DNA of 64,000 bases from the NCBI GenBank assembly GCA_965205865.1, contig CBDBHR010000030.1, positions 160,001 to 224,000 on the forward strand, in the 5' to 3' direction. A program made the translations under genes and the position numbers. The first letter of the stretch is position 1, and every line of letters starts with the position of its first letter. This document shows, piece after piece, positions 11,290 through 22,145 of this stretch. The notes under the pieces were generated by a model. It made no database searches. It was not told the origin of the DNA and worked only from the letters and a program-made list of their open reading frames with translations. Origin of the DNA: a bacterium. Lineage in GTDB: Bacteria; SAR324; NAC60-12.

Positions 11290-12654
11290 ATGAAAGTGTT
11301 AAAGCGATTTATCATTATTACCGTGGCAGTATTGTTGTCAGGTGGTTTCTGGGGGATCTCCTCAGTCAGTGCAGAAACGATAGAACTCAGTTTCTGGTCT
11401 CGCGCCGACCGTTCCGGCCCATTGCGGACGGGAAATATCGTGGCTGCGGCGGAACTGCTGAACAAACAGTACAAAGCAGCCGGTATTGATGCAACCATTG
11501 AACTGAAAGTTCATGAAAACAATGCCAAAGGTTACGATGATGATGCATTGGATTTGATGAAAGCCTTTGCTGTAGACAAAGCCCCGGATCTCTACGTGGC
11601 AGCCCACGAATGGGTCGGCGCGTTTGCTGACGCAGGCTATGCCATGAATCTGGAAGATCACATTGCAGCCTATCCGGAATATTACTCGGATATTATCCCG
11701 GCCTTATGGGGATCCACCCTCTTTATGGGAGAAAGACATGCCGTTCCTCAGGATTCCGAGGTGCGTATGTTCTTTTTTCGTAAAGATATGCTGCGGCAAA
11801 TTGGAAAATCCGAAGAATTCATCAATTCTCTCCCGGACAGGGTCAATTCCGGGGATTTCACGATGATGGATCTTTCCATGCTGAGCAAAGAAGTGGTCGA
11901 TGCCGGTGTTGCCAAATATGGCATTGTCCATCGCCCCAATACAGGACCGGATTTTCTCATGCCGATGGCATCATTTGGTTTTGAGGCCTCGGATCAAGCT
12001 TCCGGCAAATTGCAAGCATCTAAAAAAGCCTTGGAAGGATTTTTAGGCTGGATTGCTTGGAATGCTGAAAATGGGGTCACTCCCAGAAACAACACTTCCA
12101 TGTCCTGGGACACGATTAATCATGCCATGCCGGAAGGAGATGCCTTTATCAAGTTCCATGGGGTTTGGGACGTCGGCACTCAGATTAGATTCGGGGTTTC
12201 TGAGGATAGCGAAGCATCCTATACGAATACAGTCGGTTGGCTGAACTCACCGGCTGCTGAAAAAGGAGGATCTCCAAAAAATCTTTCCCACCCCATCGTG
12301 TATGTCGTCAACCCACAATCTGATAAAAAAGATCTGGCTGCCTTGTTGATCGCCATTGCCAGCCAGCCTTTTTTCAATACCCAGCATGCCGTTAGCACCA
12401 ACCACACCGCGATCAATTATGGGCAGGCCTCCATGCCTGAGTATCAAAAAGCGTGGGCCATCCGACGTGGCACCCCTATGCTGGAATACGCCACTTTCAT
12501 GCCCAATCACCCCTATATCGGCCAATTCAACGCGATCATCTATAAGGGGATCCAAGGAGTGGAGACCGGTCGTTTGGATGTTGAGGAAGCCGTCTCCTTC
12601 GTCTTGGAAGAGTTGGAAGCGGAATTGGCAGATGATGTAATGATAACTGATTGA
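11290..12654 (+). CDS. Carbohydrate ABC transporter substrate-binding protein
   Basis: SD AAGGAG then ATG 11290; Sec signal peptide; APDL, AVPQDSEVRMFFFRKDML typical of family 1 SBPs; heads a permease-permease-ATPase operon. Confidence 0.9.
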   Translation: MKVLKRFIIITVAVLLSGGFWGISSVSAETIELSFWSRADRSGPLRTGNIVAAAELLNKQYKAAGIDATIELKVHENNAKGYDDDALDLMKAFAVDKAPDLYVAAHEWVGAFADAGYAMNLEDHIAAYPEYYSDIIPALWGSTLFMGERHAVPQDSEVRMFFFRKDMLRQIGKSEEFINSLPDRVNSGDFTMMDLSMLSKEVVDAGVAKYGIVHRPNTGPDFLMPMASFGFEASDQASGKLQASKKALEGFLGWIAWNAENGVTPRNNTSMSWDTINHAMPEGDAFIKFHGVWDVGTQIRFGVSEDSEASYTNTVGWLNSPAAEKGGSPKNLSHPIVYVVNPQSDKKDLAALLIAIASQPFFNTQHAVSTNHTAINYGQASMPEYQKAWAIRRGTPMLEYATFMPNHPYIGQFNAIIYKGIQGVETGRLDVEEAVSFVLEELEAELADDVMITD

Positions 12655-12663
12655 TTCCCATGA

Positions 12664-12689
12664 CAGGAAAGAGGGTTTCCTCTTTCCTG
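12664..12689 (+). terminator. Intergenic hairpin after the SBP gene (stabiliser or partial terminator)
   Basis: CAGGAAAGAGG-GTTT-CCTCTTTCCTG perfect 11-bp stem. Confidence 0.55.
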
Positions 12690-12719
12690 CTCCACTGTGA
12701 ATTCTGCTCAAGTTTGCTC

Positions 12720-13631
12720 ATGTCTGCTCCAAGTCAACAAAGACGGCAACAGATGAATTTCGTGATTTTTCTGGGGCCTGCCATTCTTTTATTATTTCTG
12801 TTCTTTGTTGCTCCTGTCATTGTCGATCTCGGTATCGCATTCACAGACATGGGCAGAACCCTTCAAGTTCGTGGATTTACGACCGCCAATTTTGAGCGCA
12901 TGGTCACCCGGGATGTCCGCTTGGTCCGTACGCTTGGCACCACCTTTCTCTATGTTCTCGGCACTCTGGCAATATTCAATGTGACATTTGGCCTGATCCT
13001 GGCCATAGTGACCACCAATATCGAAGAAAAAATGGGAGCATTTTTTCGTTCAATATGGCTTCTCCCTCGCATGAGCCCTTCAGTGGTTTACGCCTTGTTG
13101 TGGGTCTGGATTATTGATCCAACTGACCGCGGATTGCTCAATCAGATTTTTAAAAGTGTCGGTCTGGCAGAATACGATATGATGAATCAGGCGCCGTTGT
13201 TTTTGATCATTGTGGTCAATGGTTTTATTGGCGCATCCATGGGGATGATCATTTTCACTTCTTCCATCCGTTCCATCCCTCAACATTTATTCTATGCAGC
13301 AAAATCGGATGGTGCAGGTTTCTGGTCGACGATCCGATATGTCACCTTACCGGCAATCCGATGGCCACTCAGTTTTATCACGGTTTATCAAACCCTTTCC
13401 CTCTTGGTCAGCTTTGAATATATTTGGCTGGTCACCGATGGTGGTCCCTTTTATGACACCACCGTGTTTGCTCTCTATGTTTACAAACGGGCCTTTGAAA
13501 ACGGACAATATGCTTATGGGGCGGCATTGGCGCTGGTATTGGTGATTATCGGAATTCTGGCTTCTTTGTTGATGTGGCGCTTTATGGATATGAAACGAAT
13601 GCTGCAAGATCCCCGTATCGAGGTGCACTGA
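12720..13631 (+). CDS. Carbohydrate ABC transporter permease (MalF/UgpA-like)
   Basis: Six TM segments, EAA-like loop AAKSDGAGFWSTIRYVTLP, TDGGP; start ATG 12720 approximate. Confidence 0.92.
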   Translation: MSAPSQQRRQQMNFVIFLGPAILLLFLFFVAPVIVDLGIAFTDMGRTLQVRGFTTANFERMVTRDVRLVRTLGTTFLYVLGTLAIFNVTFGLILAIVTTNIEEKMGAFFRSIWLLPRMSPSVVYALLWVWIIDPTDRGLLNQIFKSVGLAEYDMMNQAPLFLIIVVNGFIGASMGMIIFTSSIRSIPQHLFYAAKSDGAGFWSTIRYVTLPAIRWPLSFITVYQTLSLLVSFEYIWLVTDGGPFYDTTVFALYVYKRAFENGQYAYGAALALVLVIIGILASLLMWRFMDMKRMLQDPRIEVH

Positions 13632-13632
13632 T

Positions 13633-14715
13633 ATGAATCGTCTCGTCTCGTCTGCTACTGCAGTGGATCAGGAATATTGGAATCTCCAGGCTAAAAAATC
13701 GAAATGGGCGAGGAGGAGTCAGCAAACCTTGCTGATTGGTTTTCTGATTTTGGTCACCACTCCTGTTTTATTGCCTTATTTCTGGCTTTTTACAATTTCC
13801 TTTTCTGCAAAAACTGGGGGTGTGGAAAGTTTTGTCCTTTGGCGCGCTTGTGCGATTTTATTACCGACAGTCTTTCTGGCAGGCAGCGTACGCATCTTTA
13901 TCAACATAAGACGTCGTCGCATTGATGCTTATGTTCTCATCACCTTAGCGGCCGTGATTGCTTTGATATACTACATCGGACCTTTTTTGCATTTAGGAAA
14001 TTTCCGCTTCCTCTGGAATCCCAACATTGTGGAGGAAATGCGAGGCAAAGCTGGTGCCGGAGGGGCCCAGTTTCCCTGGGTCTGGACTGCCTTCAGCAAC
14101 AGCTTGATTTTTGCAACGGTGCAATCCGTAATCGTACTTTATGTTTCGACTTGCGCTGGATATTACATCTCCCGTTTTTCTTTTCCGGGAAGGACCTCCT
14201 TTTTACAATCATTGCTGGTCTTACACGCATTTCCGGCAATGACCTTGGTGATCCCCATTTTCATGATCATGTATTGGGTTGGCCTGTTGGATACGCTCAC
14301 CGGGGTCATATTAGTTGCAGTGACTTTGGAACTGCCGTTTTCGATTTTTCTGATGAAAGGATTTTTCGATGGCGTGCCTTGGGACATTGAAATGTCCGCT
14401 ATCGTCGATGGGGCTTCCCGCAGGCAGGCGTTCTTCAGGGTGGTGCTTCCCCAGGTTAAAGCCGGGATGCTGGCCATTGGCATTTTTGCCTTCATCAGGG
14501 GATGGGAAGAGTACGTCTTTGTACGTACTCTTTTATTTGAAAAGTCTAACTGGATGATGAGTTTGTACTTGTTTTGGGTCTCGGACGATATCGGGGGTGT
14601 CGACTATGGTATTGTTGCGGCAGTGGGGGTCTTTTATGTACTGCCCAGTATTATGCTATTCCTGTTTTTTCAAAAATATATTGTCCAACTCAACATTGGG
14701 GGTGTGAAGGGTTAG
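13633..14715 (+). CDS. Carbohydrate ABC transporter permease (MalG/UgpE-like)
   Basis: FFDGVPWDIEMSAIVDGASRRQAFFRVVLP EAA loop. Confidence 0.92.
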   Translation: MNRLVSSATAVDQEYWNLQAKKSKWARRSQQTLLIGFLILVTTPVLLPYFWLFTISFSAKTGGVESFVLWRACAILLPTVFLAGSVRIFINIRRRRIDAYVLITLAAVIALIYYIGPFLHLGNFRFLWNPNIVEEMRGKAGAGGAQFPWVWTAFSNSLIFATVQSVIVLYVSTCAGYYISRFSFPGRTSFLQSLLVLHAFPAMTLVIPIFMIMYWVGLLDTLTGVILVAVTLELPFSIFLMKGFFDGVPWDIEMSAIVDGASRRQAFFRVVLPQVKAGMLAIGIFAFIRGWEEYVFVRTLLFEKSNWMMSLYLFWVSDDIGGVDYGIVAAVGVFYVLPSIMLFLFFQKYIVQLNIGGVKG

Positions 14716-14718
14716 GCC

Positions 14719-15786
14719 ATGGCCAATATCGAATTACGAAACATTACGAAAGCGTGGGGCGATGTGGTGGCGCTGGAACCCCTCAACCTTAGCGTGGATG
14801 ATGGTGAATTTGTTGCGGTACTCGGTCCCTCCGGGTGTGGCAAATCCACCACATTGTTTATTCTGGCAGGGATTTATGCTCCCACCCGAGGAGACGTTCT
14901 CTTTGATGGACAAAAAGTGAATGAAGTGGAAGCCAAGGATCGCAACATCGGGATTGTTTTTCAATCCTACGCGCTTTATCCGCATATGGATGTGCGTGAA
15001 AATATTCAGTTCCCTTTGAAATTTAAAAATATTGAGAAAACGGAGGCGAAGCGATTGGTCGGAGAGTCTGCGAAATTGGTGCATATAGAAGAGTTACTGA
15101 ATCGTAGACCCAGCCAACTTTCAGGAGGACAGCAGCAACGGGTTGCGCTAGCGCGTGCTTTGGTCAAAGAACCCCAATTATTGCTGTTGGACGAACCTTT
15201 GTCAAACCTGGATGCGATTCTGCGCATGACAATGCGCTCCGAAATCAAATCTCTGCAACAGCGTTTGGGAATCACAACGATACTGGTGACTCATGATCAG
15301 TTGGAAGCGATGACTATGGCAGATCGCATCGTTTGTATGAGTCGCGGTAGAATCGAACAGATAGGCTCCCCCAAAGATCTGTATGACAACCCCTCCAGTT
15401 TGTTTGTTGCTAATTTTATCGGAACTCCCCCGATCAATCTTCTGCAAGGTAAAGCATCACAATCAAAATTAGCAATTGATGATTTTGTCATCACACTCAA
15501 TCAAGCATTTGAAGGCCTATTGACCTTGGGTATCCGTCCCGAAAACATCCGTTTCACTGAACAAGGCATCAAAGCAAAAGTGAAACAGTTGGAAACGATG
15601 GGGAGGGAAACTCTTTATTTTTTGGAAAGTACCTTGGGAGAATTGAGGGTGCTGATTCCGGAAAGTTTGCCCCAATGGAAACAAGGAAATGAACTTTGTT
15701 TTCAGTTTGACGGCGACTCCTGCCGCTTCTTTGATACAGAATCTCAACAATTGATCAGAGATTTACATCTAGTCTCAATTGAGTGA
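14719..15786 (+). CDS. Carbohydrate ABC transporter ATP-binding protein (MalK-like)
   Basis: GPSGCGKST, VFQSYALYPHM, LSGGQQQR, LLDEPLSNLD, TOBE tail. Confidence 0.96.
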   Translation: MANIELRNITKAWGDVVALEPLNLSVDDGEFVAVLGPSGCGKSTTLFILAGIYAPTRGDVLFDGQKVNEVEAKDRNIGIVFQSYALYPHMDVRENIQFPLKFKNIEKTEAKRLVGESAKLVHIEELLNRRPSQLSGGQQQRVALARALVKEPQLLLLDEPLSNLDAILRMTMRSEIKSLQQRLGITTILVTHDQLEAMTMADRIVCMSRGRIEQIGSPKDLYDNPSSLFVANFIGTPPINLLQGKASQSKLAIDDFVITLNQAFEGLLTLGIRPENIRFTEQGIKAKVKQLETMGRETLYFLESTLGELRVLIPESLPQWKQGNELCFQFDGDSCRFFDTESQQLIRDLHLVSIE

Positions 15787-15823
15787 ACTAAGACTCGTTT
15801 TTGTAACAAGAACAGGCACGTCT

Positions 15824-16828
15824 ATGGCTTTTTCTGAAGTCTTTGGTCAAGATGTCGCCATTGACTATTTGAAGAAATCCATCCAACATCAACAATTGCC
15901 TCCGGCTTTTTTGTTTGCAGGCGCCCACCATATCGGTAAGCAAAAGACCTTGCTGGCCCTGGCCCAAACACTCAATTGTCTGCAAGCAGGAGTTCCCGTC
16001 GGTGGAGTAAATGCCTGTGGCCATTGTAACACTTGTCAGCAGATTGCGCATCAAAGTTTTCCTGATTTTTCCATTATCGAACCTGCCGGACAATTCCTCA
16101 GAATCGATCAAATCAAAGAGGCGCTTAAATGGCTGGAGTTGCGTTCTGCGGCGGGAACCTATCGTGTTTTGGGATTGGTTGAAGCGGAAAAAATGAATAA
16201 AGAATCGGCCAATGCTTTTCTCAAAACCCTGGAAGAGCCACCTCCCCAAACCGTGATTGTCCTTCTCGCCGAACATCCACAGCAGCTTTTAGAAACCATT
16301 GTTTCTCGTTGCCGTTTAATCCGTTTTCGGCTGTTGAAAAAAAAACACATCCTGGAGATTTTGCATAGGTACGAGTCTCTGACAGAAGATCAGATTCTAT
16401 TTCTTTCCCGTTTTGCCATGGGCCGGGTGCGTCCTGATTGGGTAGCTAAGGTAGAATTGCTACAAGATATGAGAGAGACCGTGATTGCCTTATTGAGTAC
16501 TCTTTCTGTAGAATGGATGGAAGAAATCTTTAACACCCTTGAAAAATGGAGTGCTGCTAAAGAAAAAGATTGGAGCTACATGCTTGATTTTTTAGAGTTT
16601 TGGTTTCGGGATTTAGAATGGCTCGCTCATGGCTTGCAAGAAGAACATTTATTCAATCAGGACCGGCCGGAGCAACTTCGGCACTGTTTGCAGCGTTTTT
16701 CCTTGTCAAATATCAGGTTCGCTTATAATCAAGTGGTGCTTACAAGGCAACGAATCATGCTGAACGCCCATGTCTCCTTAGCATTGGAGGCGCTATGGAT
16801 CTACTTCAAAAGAAATTTGACCAAATGA
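15824..16828 (+). CDS. holB: DNA polymerase III subunit delta'
   Basis: FSEVFGQ, zinc motif CGHCNTC, ANAFLKTLEEPP, TIVSRC. Confidence 0.93.
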   Translation: MAFSEVFGQDVAIDYLKKSIQHQQLPPAFLFAGAHHIGKQKTLLALAQTLNCLQAGVPVGGVNACGHCNTCQQIAHQSFPDFSIIEPAGQFLRIDQIKEALKWLELRSAAGTYRVLGLVEAEKMNKESANAFLKTLEEPPPQTVIVLLAEHPQQLLETIVSRCRLIRFRLLKKKHILEILHRYESLTEDQILFLSRFAMGRVRPDWVAKVELLQDMRETVIALLSTLSVEWMEEIFNTLEKWSAAKEKDWSYMLDFLEFWFRDLEWLAHGLQEEHLFNQDRPEQLRHCLQRFSLSNIRFAYNQVVLTRQRIMLNAHVSLALEALWIYFKRNLTK

Positions 16829-16885
16829 AAGTCACTCACCTGAACAGATGAGCTTCGCTTTCATTTCTATTTTCAGCAATTAAAA

Positions 16886-19153
16886 ATGGTCAGTTTGTCT
16901 CAACAGCAAACGCAATTGCATAGTGACGCCAATGCGGAAATCACCCTGATAGGGTCCGTAGAAAGGATCGTGTACATACAGCCGGAAACCGGGTTTATGA
17001 TTGCCAGCTTTTTACCAGAAAACATGCAGGAGCTCATCACCATCAAAGGTACGGTCTTCAATGTGGGAGAAAAATCCATTATCGAGGTAAAAGGAAAGTG
17101 GGAGGTGCATAAAATATACGGCAAACAACTGGTAGTCCACGAATTTGCTCCGATTTTACCCAAATCACCTCGTGGCATTGAACGTTACCTCATTTCAGAT
17201 ATTCCGGGAATCGGCAAGAAAACAGCAAGCCGGATTGTGACGAAATTTGGAGAAGAGACATTTCGGGTGATCGACGAATCCCCCCGGGATTTGCTCAAAA
17301 TTCCCCAATTCAACAAAAAGCAACTCAAGCAACTTTTAGAGGTTTGGGAAGAAAAAAAGGGGGAACGGGATATCCTGACCTTTCTTCATGAAATTGGCAG
17401 TTCTTCTGCTCAAGCCCTCAAAATTTTGCAGCATTTTGGCCTGAATGCAATTCCATTGTTGAAAAACAACCCTTACCAACTCACGGAGATTCACGGCATT
17501 GGGTTTCAGATTGCAGATCAGATTGCCCGCAATCTTGGTTTTGACGTCAATTCTCAGCAGCGGGCCATTGCAGGAACTTTATATGTCCTGAGCCAGCTTT
17601 CCCTCCAAGGGCATACCTGTTACCCACGAGAATTGCTCATTGATAAAACTTCTGAAGATTTGGGAATTGAAAAAAATATTGTCATCGAGGCTGTTCGGCA
17701 ATTACTCAAAGATCGCCTGCTCAAAATCAAGAAGATGAGAGTGTTTGCTCAAGACCCTGTTTCTCGAGAAGTAGTTGCCCATCCCAGATTGTATCATGCC
17801 GAACGGCGTATTGCGGAAGATCTTTCCCGTGTTCTGAAAAATGAAGCATATACAAAGTTTGATCATCCCCAATCTTTGATTGCAAGTGTGGGAAAAAAGC
17901 TGGGCATCATGTTGGACCCTGTACAACTGCAAGCCGTACAGGCAGCTTTGGCACACAAAGTTTTAATCATTACCGGAGGACCCGGAACTGGAAAAACTAC
18001 CATCATCCGTTTCATTTTAGAACTCGTTCGCAAGCATATTCCTCATGTATCGCTGGCAGCGCCAACAGGAAGAGCTGCCAAACGAATGGCAGAGACCAAT
18101 CATCGCCCCGCCTCCACGATTCACCGGCTTTTGGGAGCTTCACGACAGGGATTTGAATATGATCGAGAAAATCCGATAGAAAGCGAGTTGGTGATTATCG
18201 ACGAAATATCCATGGTTGATACGCTTTTGATGGCCTCATTATTAGATGCCGTTCGCTCAGAAGCGCGGTTGATCTTTGTGGGAGACGTGGATCAACTTCC
18301 TTCGGTCGGACCCGGGGCTGTGCTGTTGAATCTAATTCTTTCCAAAATCATTCCGGTTGTTCGTCTTGAAAAAATTTTCAGGCAGGCCGCCGATAGTTTG
18401 ATTACAATCAATGCGCACCACGTTCGCCGAGGAATTTATCCCATCCTTCATGCGGACCACACATCACAGCCCACTGTTTCCAATGCCAAGTCCCGAGACT
18501 TGCTGGATTTTTACTTTATTCGGGAAAAAGACCCCCATAAAGTTGTGGAAAAAATCATCACCATGGTCACGGAACGGATACCCAAACGATTTACATTTGA
18601 TCCAAAAACTGAAATACAAGTTCTCACTCCAATGCACCGGGGGATTACCGGTTCCATTCACCTCAATCAACAATTGCAGAAAACCATGAATCATTCCACC
18701 ATTTCTTTGACATACAAGGAGCAAGTCTTCAAGGTGGGAGATAAGGTCATTCAACAGCAAAATGACTATGAAAAAGAAGTATTCAATGGAGATGTGGGTC
18801 TCATCATTGATTGCGATCCCCGGTCGAAACAGTTACTGGTGCGCTTCGATTCCCAAGAAATACCGTATGAGAGCGAAGAGTTGGACCAACTCAATCTTGC
18901 CTATGCTATTTCCGTTCATAAATCTCAAGGCAGTGAATATCCGGCGGTGGTTTTACCCTTGACCACTCATCACTATGTGATGCTGCAAAGGAATTTGCTC
19001 TACACAGCCATGACCCGGGGCAAGCAGCTTGTGGTGATCATAGGGATGGAAAATGCTATGCAACTGGCAGTGGACAATGCCAGCCCCGCTTTGCGATATA
19101 CATTACTTCAAGCAGAATTCAGTGAGGTGTGGCAGGAATTGAGCTTGCTGTAA
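16886..19153 (+). CDS. recD2: ATP-dependent RecD2 (RecD/TraA family) helicase
   Basis: HhH GIG motifs, TGGPGTGKTT, APTGRAA, IDEISM, VGDVDQLPSVGPG, HKSQGSEY. Confidence 0.95.
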   Translation: MVSLSQQQTQLHSDANAEITLIGSVERIVYIQPETGFMIASFLPENMQELITIKGTVFNVGEKSIIEVKGKWEVHKIYGKQLVVHEFAPILPKSPRGIERYLISDIPGIGKKTASRIVTKFGEETFRVIDESPRDLLKIPQFNKKQLKQLLEVWEEKKGERDILTFLHEIGSSSAQALKILQHFGLNAIPLLKNNPYQLTEIHGIGFQIADQIARNLGFDVNSQQRAIAGTLYVLSQLSLQGHTCYPRELLIDKTSEDLGIEKNIVIEAVRQLLKDRLLKIKKMRVFAQDPVSREVVAHPRLYHAERRIAEDLSRVLKNEAYTKFDHPQSLIASVGKKLGIMLDPVQLQAVQAALAHKVLIITGGPGTGKTTIIRFILELVRKHIPHVSLAAPTGRAAKRMAETNHRPASTIHRLLGASRQGFEYDRENPIESELVIIDEISMVDTLLMASLLDAVRSEARLIFVGDVDQLPSVGPGAVLLNLILSKIIPVVRLEKIFRQAADSLITINAHHVRRGIYPILHADHTSQPTVSNAKSRDLLDFYFIREKDPHKVVEKIITMVTERIPKRFTFDPKTEIQVLTPMHRGITGSIHLNQQLQKTMNHSTISLTYKEQVFKVGDKVIQQQNDYEKEVFNGDVGLIIDCDPRSKQLLVRFDSQEIPYESEELDQLNLAYAISVHKSQGSEYPAVVLPLTTHHYVMLQRNLLYTAMTRGKQLVVIIGMENAMQLAVDNASPALRYTLLQAEFSEVWQELSLL

Positions 19154-19228
19154 CAAGAAAAAAGCATTGAATGTCAAGAAAAAGTATAATCCCGCAATGC
19201 CTCGGTCTGGCAGAGCCTGAGAGGTGCC

Positions 19229-20239
19229 ATGGAAAACATCATGAAAACCATGATCTTGGAAAAAGCCGGTTCGCCGCTTCAATTGCGCGAATCCGATATT
19301 CCCCATCCTGCTCCGGATCAGGTCTTGATTCGGGTCGGGGCATGTGGCATTTGCCGTACCGATTTACATATATATGAAGGAGATCTCAAAGAGGCCAAGC
19401 TTCCTCTCGTTTTGGGGCACGAAATTGTCGGAACAATCGTAGAAGTGGGTGTAAACGTCAAAACCCTCTCAAAAGGTGAACGTATTGGGGTGCCATGGTT
19501 GGGGAACTCTTGTGAAAAATGCGTACATTGCCGCTCGGGAATGGAAAATCTATGTGATCACGCTGTTTTTACAGGGTATCACATCGACGGAGGATATGCA
19601 GAGTACGCCTTGGCGGATTCCCGCTATTGTTTTTCCATCCCACGATTGTACTCAGACGAGGCGGCAGCGCCATTATTTTGCGCAGGGTTGATTGGCTATC
19701 GTGCTCTCCGCATGGCTGGAGAGGTAGAGAAAGTGGGACTATACGGATTCGGGGCAGCTGCTCACATCATTACTCAAGTCGCTTGTTATCAAAAAAGAAC
19801 CGTCTATGCTTTCACTCGTCCTGGCGACGACAAAGGTCAGGCGTTTGCCAAAGAATTTGGAGCATCCTGGGCGGGTGGCTCTGATATATTGCCACCTGAA
19901 TTGCTTGATGCGGCCATTATTTTTGCACCGGTGGGCGCCTTGGTTCCACAAGCACTGCGCGCCGTGAGAAAAGGAGGGATCGTAGTTTGCGCCGGTATTC
20001 ACATGAGCGATATTCCCTCCTTTCCCTATGACTTGCTTTGGGGGGAGCGTACGATTTGTTCGGTCGCCAATCTGACCCGGCAGGATGGTATTGATTTTTT
20101 TCAAATAGCTCCCAAAATTCCGATCCGGACAGAAGTGGAAACTTTCACCCTGGAGCAGGCGACTGAAGCCTTGGAAAAATTGCGAAACGGGCAAATCCAA
20201 GGTGCCGCGGTTCTGGTCATGGATCCTCATTCTATGTAA
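19229..20239 (+). CDS. Zinc-dependent alcohol dehydrogenase family protein
   Basis: CGICRTD, GHE, structural Zn C..C..C.......C, GLYGFGAAAH. Confidence 0.93.
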   Translation: MENIMKTMILEKAGSPLQLRESDIPHPAPDQVLIRVGACGICRTDLHIYEGDLKEAKLPLVLGHEIVGTIVEVGVNVKTLSKGERIGVPWLGNSCEKCVHCRSGMENLCDHAVFTGYHIDGGYAEYALADSRYCFSIPRLYSDEAAAPLFCAGLIGYRALRMAGEVEKVGLYGFGAAAHIITQVACYQKRTVYAFTRPGDDKGQAFAKEFGASWAGGSDILPPELLDAAIIFAPVGALVPQALRAVRKGGIVVCAGIHMSDIPSFPYDLLWGERTICSVANLTRQDGIDFFQIAPKIPIRTEVETFTLEQATEALEKLRNGQIQGAAVLVMDPHSM

Positions 20240-20377
20240 GAAACCACCCCTTGAATACAGCGTTGCCTTTCTCTCGGTTTCAATGTAAAAATTGAAACAA
20301 ACAGCGAGTGCCGCCGATTGTCAGGTCCTGTGTCGACCCTGGGGGACTGCCCGTTTTGATTTCAGAGGAGAAAAATA

Positions 20378-21619
20378 ATGCTCAATCCTGATGATGCAAA
20401 AAGAATAGTTTTAGAACACACTTCCTTGAAGACTCCTCTGTCGATGGGGTTGGAGGAATGTTTGGGTTTAATCCTTGCAGAAGATATCCAAGCAACCTCG
20501 TCTGTCCCTGCCTTTGACAATTCAGCCATGGACGGCTACGCCATGAGAACCGGAGATTTGGCTCATGCCAGTGAAATTTCTCCGGTACCCTTGAGAAAAA
20601 TTGATTTTATTGCTGCTGGAGATCATGGACTGCAACCTCTGCGACGGGGAGAGTGTTTCCAGATTGCCACTGGAGCAAAACTTCCGCCTGGAGCAGATAC
20701 AATAGTGATGAAAGAGCAAGTACGCATGGACGCGGATCGGATTTGGTTCACGCGTGCTCCTCAAAAAAGTCAGCATGTTCGTTTCAAAGGGGAAGATATT
20801 CCGGAAGGACAAATAGTACTTTCCCAAGGAGAGAGGATTGGTCCGTCACAGATCACTTTACTTGCTGCTTTCGGATATTCACGGGTATTGGTCCAACCCC
20901 CTCTGCAAGTTGTCGTTATTACAACAGGCAGCGAATTGATCGATGTGGACCAGCCTCTAGAGCCCGGAAAAATTCATGACGTGAACAGTTATATGCTCGC
21001 TGCTCTGGCTCGAGAAGAGCTATGTTTTGTGCACCGGGTCGGAATTGTGAAGGATGATCCGCGATTGATCTATGAAGTCGTCAATATTAACATCCAGGCA
21101 GACTTGATCCTCATTACAGGAGGCGTCTCTATGGGAGAACGGGATTTTGTCAAGGAAGCGCTCAAAGAAATCGGAACGGAGGAAATCTTTTGGAAAGTAC
21201 GCATTAAGCCAGGAAAACCTTTCTATTTTGCAGTCCGCCGACGCGGAAAAAGCGAAAAAACACTCGTTTTCGGCATGCCAGGAAATCCTGCTGCCGGTTA
21301 TGTCGTCTTTGAAGAATACACTCGCCCGTCCATCCGTAAGGCAATGGGACGTCGCCTGTTGGAAAACCCCCTTGTTTCTGCAACGCTGGATTTGGATATC
21401 ACGGAACAATCAGACCGCAGACAGTATATTCGAGCAAACTTGAGGAAAGATCATAATCAGTTTCATGTGGCGCCTTTGCCTGCGCAGGGATCCCATAGCC
21501 TTAGTTCTCTGGCCGGCGCAAATGCTCTGATTGTTGTTCCGGAAAACGAGGAAGTGCTTCCCAAAGGTTCCTCCGTGACAGTGCGCCCCTTGGTCCCTAT
21601 GTTGGGAATGGAAATATGA
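20378..21619 (+). CDS. moeA: Molybdopterin molybdenumtransferase MoeA
   Basis: FDNSAMDGYA, IATGA.LP.GAD, TGSEL, TGGVSMG, KPGKP, GMPGNP. Confidence 0.96.
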   Translation: MLNPDDAKRIVLEHTSLKTPLSMGLEECLGLILAEDIQATSSVPAFDNSAMDGYAMRTGDLAHASEISPVPLRKIDFIAAGDHGLQPLRRGECFQIATGAKLPPGADTIVMKEQVRMDADRIWFTRAPQKSQHVRFKGEDIPEGQIVLSQGERIGPSQITLLAAFGYSRVLVQPPLQVVVITTGSELIDVDQPLEPGKIHDVNSYMLAALAREELCFVHRVGIVKDDPRLIYEVVNINIQADLILITGGVSMGERDFVKEALKEIGTEEIFWKVRIKPGKPFYFAVRRRGKSEKTLVFGMPGNPAAGYVVFEEYTRPSIRKAMGRRLLENPLVSATLDLDITEQSDRRQYIRANLRKDHNQFHVAPLPAQGSHSLSSLAGANALIVVPENEEVLPKGSSVTVRPLVPMLGMEI

Positions 21620-22077
21620 CGCGATTCAGCCATCTCTCAGACGCCAATCTGCCAAAAATGGTGGATGTCTCAGCAAAGTCCGTTACGGAGCGGAGAGCCA
21701 TTGCAGTATCTCGTGTACGCCTTGGCGCGGAATTGGGTCGGATGCTGCAGGAAACCGGCAGTACTAAAAAAGGACCGGTTTTCCAAACAGCTGTCGTTGC
21801 AGGGATCCAGGCAGCTAAACGGACTTCCGAGTTGATTCCCATGTGCCACCAGTTGCCGCTTTCGAGTATCAAAATCAATATCTCCGTACATGGCGAGCAT
21901 GCCCTCATTGAAGCAGTGGTCAAAACAGCAGCAGTCACTGGAGTTGAAATGGAAGCCCTCACCGCTGCTTCTGTTACGGCTCTCACTTTGTATGACATGT
22001 GTAAATCGGTTTCTAAAAGCATGGTCATTGAAGCGACTTATTTGGTTGAAAAAACCGGGGGCAAGTCCGACCTTTAG
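21616..22077 (+). CDS. moaC: Cyclic pyranopterin monophosphate synthase MoaC
   Basis: MVDVSAK, LIPMCH, TGVEMEALT, YDMCK. Confidence 0.97.
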   Translation: MTRFSHLSDANLPKMVDVSAKSVTERRAIAVSRVRLGAELGRMLQETGSTKKGPVFQTAVVAGIQAAKRTSELIPMCHQLPLSSIKINISVHGEHALIEAVVKTAAVTGVEMEALTAASVTALTLYDMCKSVSKSMVIEATYLVEKTGGKSDL

Positions 22078-22145
22078 ATCAGAGCGCCGCTGCCCGAACA
22101 CCCATTGAGCGAGGGGTCCATATTCCATGACATTCAGAAACAACC

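Noticed and set aside
20240-20377. Moco riboswitch upstream of moeA
   Set aside because: Conserved Moco motif elements not recognisable
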